From a virus, in the IMG/VR virus record IMGVR_UViG_3300045988_144418, positions 1-64,000 of that record: 64,000 bases of DNA. The stretch is one strand, 5' to 3'. The notes under the pieces were generated by a model. The model was not told where the DNA came from, made no database searches, and saw only the letters and a list, made by a program, of their open reading frames with translations. Below, piece after piece: positions 1 through 7,793 of this stretch. Position 1 is the first letter of the stretch; each line of letters begins with the position of its first letter. The position numbers were made by a program, and so were the translations under genes.

Positions 1-19
1 ATAATTACAGACATTCCAC

Positions 20-27
20 TATATTTG
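20..27 (+). promoter_or_regulatory. Bacteroidota-type -7 promoter box (TATATTTG) for 56..334
   Basis: Exact TAnnTTTG match 29 nt upstream of the ATG. The leader TAATCATTAAATCACA (33-48) recurs identically at 58966-58981. Confidence 0.5.
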
Positions 28-55
28 CCGTATAATCATTAAATCACATCACACC

Positions 56-334
56 ATGAACAGTAACATCACACTAAAGTCATTCAAATATCAGAACGGC
101 TCAGGATACGTCAAGACGGATTATGTGCAGATATGGTTCAAGGACAGAGAGGTGGGCTTCATCGCTCCAGAGGGCATCTTTCTACGTATGTATGATCCCA
201 AGTGTCCAGAGGGCATTCTTAGGCCAATAGGCTCCCCCAAGGTCAATGACGTGGCCGTTCTGGTGCAGTTCTTCAGGGATCACTTTGACGCCATCAATGA
301 TCGTTACATCACAGTATTCAGAAATGAACGATAG
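56..334 (+). CDS. hypothetical small protein (92 aa)
   Basis: ORF with its own promoter box and a downstream hairpin. No recognisable motifs. Confidence 0.5.
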   Translation: MNSNITLKSFKYQNGSGYVKTDYVQIWFKDREVGFIAPEGIFLRMYDPKCPEGILRPIGSPKVNDVAVLVQFFRDHFDAINDRYITVFRNER

Positions 335-358
335 GTTGCTTTTAAGATAGGCTAAATG

Positions 359-366
359 TATATTTG
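359..366 (+). promoter_or_regulatory. orphan -7 box TATATTTG with no downstream ORF
   Basis: Exact TAnnTTTG match. The next 190 nt contain no credible plus-strand ORF and end at the hairpin at 516-565. Confidence 0.25.
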
Positions 367-515
367 TCCAGTGAAAACGTTTCATAAGGATGAATTAGTT
401 TAGTTTTGTTAGTGTTTTTTAGGTTAAATCGGGGTTGACATTACGACTTACAAACTTCTCTTTTCCTGTTGTTTGATTGGTTGTTATGTATTTGCTTAAT
501 TCTTTTCAATGAGCA

Positions 516-565
516 GCCGAGGGGTACGGGCGTGACGCTTCTACTTCCTCGGCAATCCTTTTGTA
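516..565. terminator. hairpin between convergent genes (GCCGAGG ... CCTCGGC followed by AATCCTTTT)
   Basis: A 7-bp GC-rich stem (516-522 with 547-553) followed by a T-run. It lies between the 3' ends of 56..334 (+) and 588..1043 (-). Confidence 0.4.
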
Positions 566-587
566 TATGTGTCCCTGGAAACAATCC

Positions 588-1043
588 CTACACTATCGTG
601 AAGTCAAGATGGACATCATCCACGTCAATGAACCCCTGTTCCACAAGCAGGGTGACAATCGTGCGATTGTGTATGAATCGCACGTCAATGACTGGGTAAA
701 GATTGGTCACAACAGTAAACGAGCCGACTTTCTCTCTATGCAGGTTATCCCACACAGGCACGACAGGCGGTCTTCTATTCTGTGTGCGTACACCGAACGT
801 GCCGCCATCCTTGAGGATCGTTCTGGGCTGAATCAGAATCGTTTCCAGAGATCTGATATACTTGCGCTTCAGCAGACAGAAAGCAGTTCTACAGACATCT
901 CTGTTCAGCGTGATATAGTCAGCGGACACGTGGAATTCTTCACGCACCCTGTTGCGAAAGTAGTTTGTGTCCTCCCTCTGCATATCATCAAAGTCCATAC
1001 GAAGCAGATTCAACAGCCGCTCCTCTGTCTTAGCGCCACCCAT
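588..1043 (-). CDS. hypothetical protein (151 aa)
   Basis: Longest ORF in the region and tightly spaced with 1051..1446. The overlapping plus-strand ORFs are shorter or lack a start context. Confidence 0.5.
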   Translation of the reverse strand: MGGAKTEERLLNLLRMDFDDMQREDTNYFRNRVREEFHVSADYITLNRDVCRTAFCLLKRKYIRSLETILIQPRTILKDGGTFGVRTQNRRPPVVPVWDNLHREKVGSFTVVTNLYPVIDVRFIHNRTIVTLLVEQGFIDVDDVHLDFTIV

Positions 1044-1050
1044 GATTTCG

Positions 1051-1446
1051 CTATCTTATAATAAAATCATCAGCCATATCAATAAAGCCAAGCAGTCGCA
1101 GAGCATGTTGAAATTCATGTACAAATTCAACTTTTATATTCGCAACGTAAAAACAGTCATACTCTGAAACGTATTCTACTGTAAATTCTGGATCACCTAC
1201 GTCCCCTATAAGATAAAGAGTGTATTCTCCATAAACAACTTTTCTCCATCCATTGGCAAGCAGTATATTAGGAGTCAACCTTATAGGCTCAGCCACTGAA
1301 TCTGTAATCCACTTGCGAAGCCTACTATTGTCTGTATAACCAATAAGATTACATTTCAGATCACCCTTTAAAGCACACACCCTGTGAAGAGTGTTGTCAA
1401 AGGAGAACCAATCACCTATCATTAATTCATTAACTTTCATTGTCAC
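1051..1446 (-). CDS. hypothetical protein (131 aa)
   Basis: ORF in the minus-strand gene block. No recognisable motifs. Confidence 0.55.
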   Translation of the reverse strand: MTMKVNELMIGDWFSFDNTLHRVCALKGDLKCNLIGYTDNSRLRKWITDSVAEPIRLTPNILLANGWRKVVYGEYTLYLIGDVGDPEFTVEYVSEYDCFYVANIKVEFVHEFQHALRLLGFIDMADDFIIR

Positions 1447-1835
1447 ACCCTTTTCTAATTATTAAAAGAACACTTTAGCATAATCTTCTTTTATCATATG
1501 CAGCACTTCTTCATGATCAAAAGTGTCATATGCATCTAAGTCATACTTGTCATCATAAACAAATTCTTTACAAAACTCAAAAACTTGAGTTCTAATTGCT
1601 ACACGTCCTTCTGTTATCTTTCTTATTACATCTTTTAGTTGAGAACTGGCTCCCCTATTTCTATACTATTGGGGTAGCACATAAACCGTGCCAGCTCAAA
1701 ACAAAAATTCTTTTCTCTGTTTGTCATTATTACCTCCTTCTAAATCTTACTGTAGATTTTCCATTGGTTGTTTCCAACACTGATATCGTATATGTTTTAC
1801 ACTTAAACTCTACCCTACCTTAACCATCATAATCA

Positions 1836-2093
1836 TTAATTATTATCTGGCACATAAGGAGGGTATGAATCACATTCCTCCTTTGTTGCAAACACATTAG
1901 TATTACTTGGTTTTCCTACGATATTTACAATATGATTCTGGTCTTCTGTGTGGTATATGACACAGGAACTGCCATCACTATTGATTATGGCCTGATATGA
2001 CTTGATTTTTGTCTGAATCGCCTCATTGGTGACAAGATTCTTATGCCACACCACATCACCAACTTCAAATTGTACTTCTATTTCGTGTTTCAT
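1836..2093 (-). CDS. hypothetical small protein (85 aa)
   Basis: ORF whose start overlaps the stop of 2090..2605 by 4 nt, suggesting operon-style coupling. Confidence 0.5.
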   Translation of the reverse strand: MKHEIEVQFEVGDVVWHKNLVTNEAIQTKIKSYQAIINSDGSSCVIYHTEDQNHIVNIVGKPSNTNVFATKEECDSYPPYVPDNN

Positions 2094-2605
2094 AAATCGT
2101 AGTTATTGATTATCTTAACAGACTCTTCGTCTGTTATCGGACGAACATGCTCCCACCCGAGTATTTCCAGCATCCCCTGAGAAATGGGGTACTTTACCTC
2201 AATGTTATCATCCAGAGTACGATAGCACCTATGTTCATCATCACGAAACAACACAATGTCCGGATAGTTCTGTTCCCAGAATATTGGGTCAGAAAATGCC
2301 ACCATTACGTCCTGCCATTCAGCTTCCAGACCATGCTGTAACTCAACATCCTTTTGAGCATCCAGCAATGACTGAAATTCGCTCGCTGTTAGCTGTTTTG
2401 TGAGTGACTGTAAGGTATTAGACTGTTGACTGTCCAAAAGTCGCTGTAATTCGGCATTCTTGGCCGTTAGCTCATCTATCAGGGTACTGGCGTTGTCAAG
2501 TTCCTTCTGTAGATCCTTAACCTCACGTTCCTTGAAATAAAGTTTTCTCTCAAGACGGTCATTCTCCGCCTTGAGAGTCTGCATATTTTGTTCCACTATT
2601 GACAT
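2090..2605 (-). CDS. hypothetical coiled-coil protein (171 aa)
   Basis: The N-terminal 100 aa are heptad-like and rich in E, K, L and Q. Confidence 0.55.
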   Translation of the reverse strand: MSIVEQNMQTLKAENDRLERKLYFKEREVKDLQKELDNASTLIDELTAKNAELQRLLDSQQSNTLQSLTKQLTASEFQSLLDAQKDVELQHGLEAEWQDVMVAFSDPIFWEQNYPDIVLFRDDEHRCYRTLDDNIEVKYPISQGMLEILGWEHVRPITDEESVKIINNYDL

Positions 2606-2609
2606 TTTG

Positions 2610-3182
2610 TTAGTCCTTTAATGCAGTATCCTGATTTATTTCACCGATACCAAATTCCTTGTAGTCACGACCGATGAAGACAGTGTAGGTTCTTGAAGCA
2701 TAAGGCCTGTCCCAGAACTGATAATTGTATCTGAATGTATGCTGGTGTTCCGTAAGATATATAATTTCCTCTCGAGGGTTGCCGTCACTATGGTATTTGT
2801 AGAGCTCACAGTTCTTTTCCAGTATCTTACAGTATTCCTCTATGGCCTGTTGTCTGTTGGAGGTTACACCATCTTCCTTGAACAGAGGTATTGTCTTTAG
2901 CATTCGTGTGTCACTCCAGATAATGTTTCTACTGTTGGCCGCAAGCATGACTTCTCCTATGGACTTTAGGCCAACATCATTGCATCTACCGAAGTTGATA
3001 TAGACATGATTGTAGCCTATCACTTCATAGGATACATTTCCCTTGCGAAGTTCTGAGAGCAGAACTGTAAGATTACCGCCAACGTGCATTTCTGCAATGG
3101 AAAAGAAGTCAGTGGCATAAGCCGAGATTGATAAACAAAATGCTGCAATAGTAGCAGCGATGATTGTAATAAATCTTTTCAT
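2610..3182 (-). CDS. secreted or periplasmic protein with N-terminal signal peptide (190 aa)
   Basis: N-terminus MKRFITIIAATIAAFCLSISAYA|TD has a basic n-region, a hydrophobic core and an AxA-like cleavage site. The gene has its own strong promoter copy. Confidence 0.6.
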   Translation of the reverse strand: MKRFITIIAATIAAFCLSISAYATDFFSIAEMHVGGNLTVLLSELRKGNVSYEVIGYNHVYINFGRCNDVGLKSIGEVMLAANSRNIIWSDTRMLKTIPLFKEDGVTSNRQQAIEEYCKILEKNCELYKYHSDGNPREEIIYLTEHQHTFRYNYQFWDRPYASRTYTVFIGRDYKEFGIGEINQDTALKD

Positions 3183-3234
3183 AATACAAAATTATTTAAT
3201 GTAACAAACAAAGGCAACCAACCTGATTGCAGAA

Positions 3235-3266
3235 CAAAGGTAGTCATTTTTCTTGAATATCCAAGG
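3235..3266 (-). promoter_or_regulatory. promoter (-33 TTGG / -7 TACCTTTG) for 2610..3182
   Basis: The minus-strand sequence TTCCTTGGATATTCAAGAAAAATGACTACCTTTG is nearly identical to 58929-58960 and similar to 50005-50039. Confidence 0.55.
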
Positions 3267-3388
3267 AATTTATTAGGAATTCTTCAAAACTTTTTAATTA
3301 AGCAGTACACCTCTATTTGGGTGGTTTTATGCCCCGATTTGAGGGGTTTTACTAAATCGATTTACCCTTTTACTGAGAATACAAAACA

Positions 3389-4213
3389 CTATAAAATTAA
3401 GCCTTTTTCTTCACACCCCGATTTGGGGGTTTTATCCTGTACCTGTTTGAAAATCTCAAATTGAATGTGTGTAACAGGCTTTTGTCCGCGAGTTATAGGA
3501 CGACCAGGAACTTCTCTATAAAGAGGTGTAAAAGTAAAATTCAACACTGTCTGACAATCCATAAATGCTAATCTGGAAGTATCCAACCGTTGTCTTTTTA
3601 TAACATCCCAAGTTTCGTTTGTGTTTATATGTAGCAGTTCCCTTAATTTTTCTATGGAAATTACAATTTTTCCTTGCTGTTTACCTAAAGAATAGTATTT
3701 ACTGATAAATTCATACACATCCATAGTTGTTGTAGAATTCAACTTACATACGGATGGGATATGAACATTACGATAATTGTCTTTAATCACTTCTAAAAAG
3801 AATCTAACGGATTCAAGACCCATAACAATTTCATTTTTAGTTCCATCTGTTTCATCCCATTTAATTTTAATAAATGGGAAAAATATACGACCACGAGTCT
3901 TAGAACTTCCCTTTTCAAGAAAATAAGCATTTTTAGCCAAGGATAATAAAGCCTTTTTATAAGAAGTTCTAATTTTATTACGCACACTTAATAGACGGAT
4001 ATTCACCTTACAATGAAAATAACAATAGGAATCCAAATTAAGCTCCTTTTTCAGGAACTTGATATAGGTTTCCCAGTCTTCATCAAGTTTAGTGAAGTCT
4101 ATTTTACCCCAAAATGGCTGTAACTGTTGAGCAACAAGATACAAGCATTTTCGTTGAGCAACGTTCCATTCTGAAAGATCCACTTCCATAGGAAATCTTA
4201 CTGTTTCTATCAT
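3389..4213 (-). CDS. Rep_3-like (winged-helix, iteron-binding) replication initiator
   Basis: The 274-aa protein follows the Rep_3 pattern: SEWNVAQRKCLYLVAQQL, SYKKALLSLAKNAYF, IKWDETDG..IVMGLESVRFFLEV, TTTMDVYEFISKYYSLGKQQGKIVISIEKLRELL, and the C-terminal ...PVTHIQFEI. Tandem iterons lie directly upstream. Confidence 0.6.
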   Translation of the reverse strand: MIETVRFPMEVDLSEWNVAQRKCLYLVAQQLQPFWGKIDFTKLDEDWETYIKFLKKELNLDSYCYFHCKVNIRLLSVRNKIRTSYKKALLSLAKNAYFLEKGSSKTRGRIFFPFIKIKWDETDGTKNEIVMGLESVRFFLEVIKDNYRNVHIPSVCKLNSTTTMDVYEFISKYYSLGKQQGKIVISIEKLRELLHINTNETWDVIKRQRLDTSRLAFMDCQTVLNFTFTPLYREVPGRPITRGQKPVTHIQFEIFKQVQDKTPKSGCEEKGLIL

Positions 4214-4232
4214 AATTTCATCTATTTTACGG

Positions 4233-4264
4233 CAAATATAAATGTTTTATAGGTAAAGAACAAA
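4233..4264 (-). promoter_or_regulatory. promoter for the rep gene (-33 TTTG, 20-nt spacer, -7 TATATTTG)
   Basis: The minus strand reads AAATTTGTTCTTTACCTATAAAACATTTATATTTGCCG about 20 nt upstream of the ATG. It is adjacent to the iterons, a typical autoregulatory arrangement. Confidence 0.5.
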
Positions 4265-4294
4265 TTTATTATTCCGCACTTGGTAATTAGAAAT

Positions 4295-4373
4295 ATAGTT
4301 CATTGTGCAGAAAGTTATAGTTCATTGTGCAGAAAGTTATAGTTCATTGTGCAGAAAGTTATAGTTCATTGTT
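4295..4373. repeat. iterons: 3.5 tandem copies of the 22-bp unit ATAGTTCATTGTGCAGAAAGTT
   Basis: Perfect copies at 4295-4316, 4317-4338 and 4339-4360, with a partial copy at 4361-4373. The units are contiguous with no spacers and sit next to the rep promoter. Confidence 0.9.
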
Positions 4374-4420
4374 TCACACAACTTCCTGTGCCACAGGACA
4401 TTATCGGGGTTTTGCGGATG

Positions 4421-4515
4421 GGGTTATAGTATAGGGTTATAGCTTTGAATGGTTATATTTGATAGTATTACTCCTAAAGTCGTAATACATATCATAACCA
4501 TTCTTTTGGTTATAG
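4421..4515. repeat. five dispersed copies of a (G/T)GGTTATA(G/T) box, one inverted
   Basis: Copies at 4421-4429, 4434-4442, 4450-4458, 4494-4500 (inverted) and 4507-4515. They may be a second set of origin or operator sites. Confidence 0.6.
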
Positions 4516-4565
4516 TTTGAAGGGAAATATAGAAAAGGGAACCGAAACGCCACATCTGAAATAGA

Positions 4566-4628
4566 GGGCTTTGAAAGGGAGACTCCTCCCTATGGTCGGA
4601 GGTCTTGTCTTCTCCCTTTCTACCGCCC
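4566..4628 (+). other. long imperfect hairpin (possible structured RNA or origin element)
   Basis: GGGC (4566-69) pairs with GCCC (4625-28). GAAAGGGAGA (4573-82) pairs with TCTCCCTTTC (4611-20). CCTCC (4585-89) pairs with GGAGG (4598-4602). Confidence 0.45.
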
Positions 4629-4633
4629 AGTAG

Positions 4634-4660
4634 AGGGTCGACGGAGCGACCCTATTTTCT
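4634..4660 (+). terminator. intrinsic-terminator-like hairpin AGGGTCG-acggag-CGACCCT followed by ATTTTCTT
   Basis: A 7-bp GC-rich stem, a 6-nt loop and a U-rich tail immediately after the long hairpin. Confidence 0.45.
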
Positions 4661-4744
4661 TATAGGAGATTTCTCTATGAAAGACGTTATACAATCAGCG
4701 TTTGAAATGGATTAAATTCATGATCAGGTGTATAGATCAACGTT

Positions 4745-4827
4745 AGGTATATAGCATAAGGAAGTGCGCTCTCTGCCTTACGATATTTTGGCCTTGAGAA
4801 GTGGTGGTTCAATTCCACCTATACTGC
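4745..4827 (+). other. tRNA-like element with canonical T-arm and acceptor but no canonical anticodon arm
   Basis: T-arm GGTGG-TTCAATT-CCACC (4803-4819). Acceptor 3' strand TATACTG pairs with AGGTATA (4745-51) in 6 of 7 positions. U8 is present, as is the D-arm GCAT-aaggaa-GTGC. The central arm is only TCTC/GAGA plus GCC/GGC with a 12-nt loop. No CCA is encoded. Confidence 0.25.
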
Positions 4828-5065
4828 TAATTTCGGCCTTGTGCCTGTAACGGTTTTATGTTTTTTGAATTGTAATTGGGTAAATTTGTCGGTTTTTAGA
4901 CGATTTAAGTGATGTTTAGTGTTTCTTTAGTGTGGTCTTAGATTTGTGATTGGTTTATTCTTATATTGCGTAGAATTTTAGCTTGCATATCATATTTACG
5001 AAAAATTGAGATTTATCAGTGATTTCAGGGTTTGTAGAGTTCTTTTCTTTTTCGTTTTGTAGTTA

Positions 5066-5108
5066 GTCCACCGTCTGGGAAGTAAGGTTCTCCACGGTGG
5101 ACATTTTA
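5066..5108 (+). terminator. hairpin GTCCACCGT ... ACGGTGGAC followed by ATTTTATAAAAAA
   Basis: A 9-bp stem (5066-5074 with 5094-5102) closes a roughly 350-nt ORF-free stretch just upstream of the next promoter. Confidence 0.4.
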
Positions 5109-5129
5109 TAAAAAATCGTGAAAAGTTCA

Positions 5130-5159
5130 TTGGAAATTATAGAAAGTCCATTATATTTG
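5130..5159 (+). promoter_or_regulatory. promoter (-33 TTGG, -7 TATATTTG)
   Basis: TTCATTGGAAATTATAGAAAGTCCATTATATTTGCAG has the same architecture as the 50009 and 58931 promoters. Confidence 0.5.
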
Positions 5160-5186
5160 CAGTATAGAAAGGTAGAACAATGGCTC

Positions 5187-5215
5187 TTTGGTAAATTTTT
5201 ACTTGTTTATATTTG
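5187..5215 (+). promoter_or_regulatory. second tandem promoter (-33 TTTG, 17-nt spacer, -7 TATATTTG) upstream of 5245
   Basis: TTTG at 5187-5190 and TATATTTG at 5208-5215, 30 nt before the ATG. Confidence 0.4.
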
Positions 5216-5244
5216 TATCATGAAAACTTTTAATTTTTTACGAT

Positions 5245-7014
5245 ATGACAACTAAAAAATTAGTTCCGATTGAGAAGTTTAGGGAGGTTGCCCTACTCAA
5301 TGGCTATGAAGTATTTGATGAGGCACAGGTGGCGGACTATGCCAAGGACGCCATGATGAAGTCTCAGGCAGGTGTTCTTTCACAGAAGGACAAGGATGAG
5401 TTTGTCGTGGAAATGGCAGGCCTTATGAAGGCTATCTGCACGAATGAGGACGGCAGTCAATGCACCCTTTATTATCGCAAGCCGCTTGTTGATTGGAAGA
5501 TTGACGGTAATGGTGTCGTGATGAAGGGAATCGCGGGAACGTACACTGACACTCCTGAGAACAGGAAGCTGGATCGTGTGGGTCAGGCCTATGTTTCAAG
5601 CCCTGACGTCATTAAGTCCATCTATAGTAATAATGAAGGGAGTTATGATGCAGAGCTGTCTAATAAGGCCGCTTCCATTAGAAAGTCTTGTGCTGTTGTT
5701 GTGTCTGACGCTGACAAAAGATTTGCAACGGGTGAGATTAGTGAAGAGCTTTGTAAGTCAGTGAAGACAGAGGTTGGTATGTACCTGACATCGTGGGGCG
5801 ACACACTTAATGAGTGCTGTGACGTTGTGAAGTCTGAGGACTTGTCTGACGTGCGTGAGGACTTGGCTGATGCAAGGGCGGCATTCGTCGATATTGTGAA
5901 GGCCGCTCACGGTCGCTATGCTGACAATGCCAAGAACAGGCGTCTGCATCGTGTGGGTCAGGAGTACGGCAAGGCGGCTCAGGAGAAGGACAAAGACGGA
6001 AAGAAGCAGGGTGCGGCTGACGGTGAGTCAGGTGAGAAGCCGTCTCGCAACGGTGACTCCGTGAAGCGTGATATCTCCATTCTTGAGGAGAACAAGGACA
6101 AGATTGTGGAGAAGTACGGTCAGGAGGCCTATGACAAGAAGATTGAAGCCCTGAAGAAGGAGGGTGAGGACTTTGAGCAGAAGGAGACCGTGAAGCAGCT
6201 CAAGGATCGCGCTGACAAGCAGGATGCCGAGGAGGAGGAGAGTAAAAAGGCTGAAAAGAGAGCCAAGCGACAGGAAAGGCGTAGAGCTCGTCATGCAGCC
6301 AAGAGGGAGGCAGCTGAAACAAAGGCAAAGGCAGAAGCCGAGGAGAAGAAGAAACAGGAATCTTCTAAAGCGAACATTGAGGGGCTAGTTCGTGCCTTTA
6401 TAAAGGATAGACCTGATGATAGTGATGAACTCAAGGCTAAAAAACTCGAAGCAAAATATAAGGAATTCAAAAGGTTGGAAGCCCTGAGAGATGGTGCAAC
6501 TGCCAAGGAAGCTGAAGATTTTGCTAATAAAGTTTATGCTGACACTATAGGTCGTGCAGATAAAGGGGATAAAGACGCATTGCTTGCTTTTAGTGATGCA
6601 AAGTTTACAGTAGATGAAAATGCTCGGAAACATGTTGCACTTCTCGTAACAAAGGCTGGTGCAAAGCAGTTTTTGTCTGGGAAAGTTGGTGATGACTATT
6701 ATAAGGCTGTGGCTGAGGTTTATGATGCTTTTAGACAGATTGGCAAAAATAAGAAAGTTACAACCATATTAAAGGAAGTAGGTAGTGGTAATCCGTCTAA
6801 GGATATGCAAGCCAGAAAATATGTTGAAGCTATCAATGGCGGTGCGTCTCATGAGGAAGCCAGTGAATTTGCTCAGAAGAGGTTTGAAGCTTTTAATCAT
6901 GATATTGAGGTGGCTCAAGCAGCTATGAATGGTGGACATCCTCAGGATATGGTGGATTATTTGTTGAGAAAGGCTTATGATACTTTTGATAAAGCGAAGT
7001 TTACAAAAGAATGA
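5245..7014 (+). CDS. large hypothetical protein (589 aa) with two NR[KR]LxRVGQxY motifs and a K/E-rich central region; candidate virion-internal protein
   Basis: Motifs GTYTDTPENRKLDRVGQAY (5536-5592) and GRYADNAKNRRLHRVGQEYG (5911-5970). A charged low-complexity segment spans aa 250-380. The gene lies two genes upstream (one intervening gene) of the portal. Confidence 0.6.
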   Translation: MTTKKLVPIEKFREVALLNGYEVFDEAQVADYAKDAMMKSQAGVLSQKDKDEFVVEMAGLMKAICTNEDGSQCTLYYRKPLVDWKIDGNGVVMKGIAGTYTDTPENRKLDRVGQAYVSSPDVIKSIYSNNEGSYDAELSNKAASIRKSCAVVVSDADKRFATGEISEELCKSVKTEVGMYLTSWGDTLNECCDVVKSEDLSDVREDLADARAAFVDIVKAAHGRYADNAKNRRLHRVGQEYGKAAQEKDKDGKKQGAADGESGEKPSRNGDSVKRDISILEENKDKIVEKYGQEAYDKKIEALKKEGEDFEQKETVKQLKDRADKQDAEEEESKKAEKRAKRQERRRARHAAKREAAETKAKAEAEEKKKQESSKANIEGLVRAFIKDRPDDSDELKAKKLEAKYKEFKRLEALRDGATAKEAEDFANKVYADTIGRADKGDKDALLAFSDAKFTVDENARKHVALLVTKAGAKQFLSGKVGDDYYKAVAEVYDAFRQIGKNKKVTTILKEVGSGNPSKDMQARKYVEAINGGASHEEASEFAQKRFEAFNHDIEVAQAAMNGGHPQDMVDYLLRKAYDTFDKAKFTKE

Positions 7015-7058
7015 GTCATAGACAACTAAAAGGCCAGTTAGAGTATTTTTGAAATGAC

Positions 7059-7066
7059 TATATTTG
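7059..7066 (+). promoter_or_regulatory. -7 box TATATTTG upstream of 7104
   Basis: The context GAAATGACTATATTTGTCG resembles that of the other promoter copies. Confidence 0.4.
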
Positions 7067-7103
7067 TCGTGTGGTCAATGAATGATTAAAAATTACATAA
7101 GAG

Positions 7104-7793
7104 ATGAAAAAGTACATTTACACCAAGGGGAGTGAATCAGTTACCGTGGAGACTGACGGTCTTGGCAGAATCGATAACTTTATGGTGACAGGTGTTATCG
7201 GAAAGAATTACAGCGGTCTTGTGCAGTCCGGATTCTGCTTCAAGATGGGTGATGCGGTGTCTATCGCTTCCATGTTGAATATGGCAAAGCTCTGCAAGGC
7301 CAAGGTTGAGTGCTTCGAGAGTGATGTTCTTGTTCAGGACGAGAGTGCTGACTATGTTGAGAACGAGCCGGAGCTTGATGGCACGATAGAGGGTCTTAAT
7401 CTTGCTATTGTCAAGGACAAGGCCACCTACGAGGCCAATATGTTTCCGGAGTATGTGGCGGCTCACCCTTATGAGGAGGGGCTCACCAACAGCAACTTTC
7501 CTTGGCTTGTAGCCAGATTCAAGAAGCAGACTGAGAAGCCTGACAGCACCTATGCAGTTCAGGTTCTGGCTGATGACAGGGTTCTTGACTTTGTTGGAAC
7601 GAGTGCCAATCTTGGTGAGATTTCTGTGGACAAGAAGACTCTCACCTGTAAGGCTAAGAACGGCCTGTCGTGGGAGATTGTTGCAGATCTTGGCATTGTT
7701 GAGCCTAAGAATGTGACTTGGTTCACAATTCGTATAACATACAGCGGTGTTCTCTACGAAGCGAAGCTCAATGTGATTCCAGACACAATCTAA
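7104..7793 (+). CDS. hypothetical protein (229 aa)
   Basis: ORF between a promoter box and the portal gene. No recognisable motifs. Confidence 0.55.
   Translation: MKKYIYTKGSESVTVETDGLGRIDNFMVTGVIGKNYSGLVQSGFCFKMGDAVSIASMLNMAKLCKAKVECFESDVLVQDESADYVENEPELDGTIEGLNLAIVKDKATYEANMFPEYVAAHPYEEGLTNSNFPWLVARFKKQTEKPDSTYAVQVLADDRVLDFVGTSANLGEISVDKKTLTCKAKNGLSWEIVADLGIVEPKNVTWFTIRITYSGVLYEAKLNVIPDTI

Noticed and set aside
1462-1727. Possible frameshifted gene on the minus strand in the 390-nt gap between 1051..1446 and 1836..2093
   Set aside because: A 30-codon ORF (1727 down to 1635, preceded by AAGGAGGTAATA) overlaps a second open frame (about 1651 down to 1462). That second frame has no start codon until near its end. 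Together they would make about 87 aa, but I cannot tell a frameshift or pseudogene from two tiny ORFs, so no feature is called.
4295-4373. CRISPR array
   Set aside because: The 22-bp units are directly abutting with no spacers, there are only 3.5 copies, and they sit next to a Rep-type gene. Iterons explain them better.
4745-4827. Calling this a bona fide tRNA gene
   Set aside because: No 5-bp stem with a 7-nt loop (U33 plus a purine at 37) can be formed in any register between the D-arm and T-arm. There is a 1-72 mismatch and no encoded CCA. It is reported only as a tRNA-like element.
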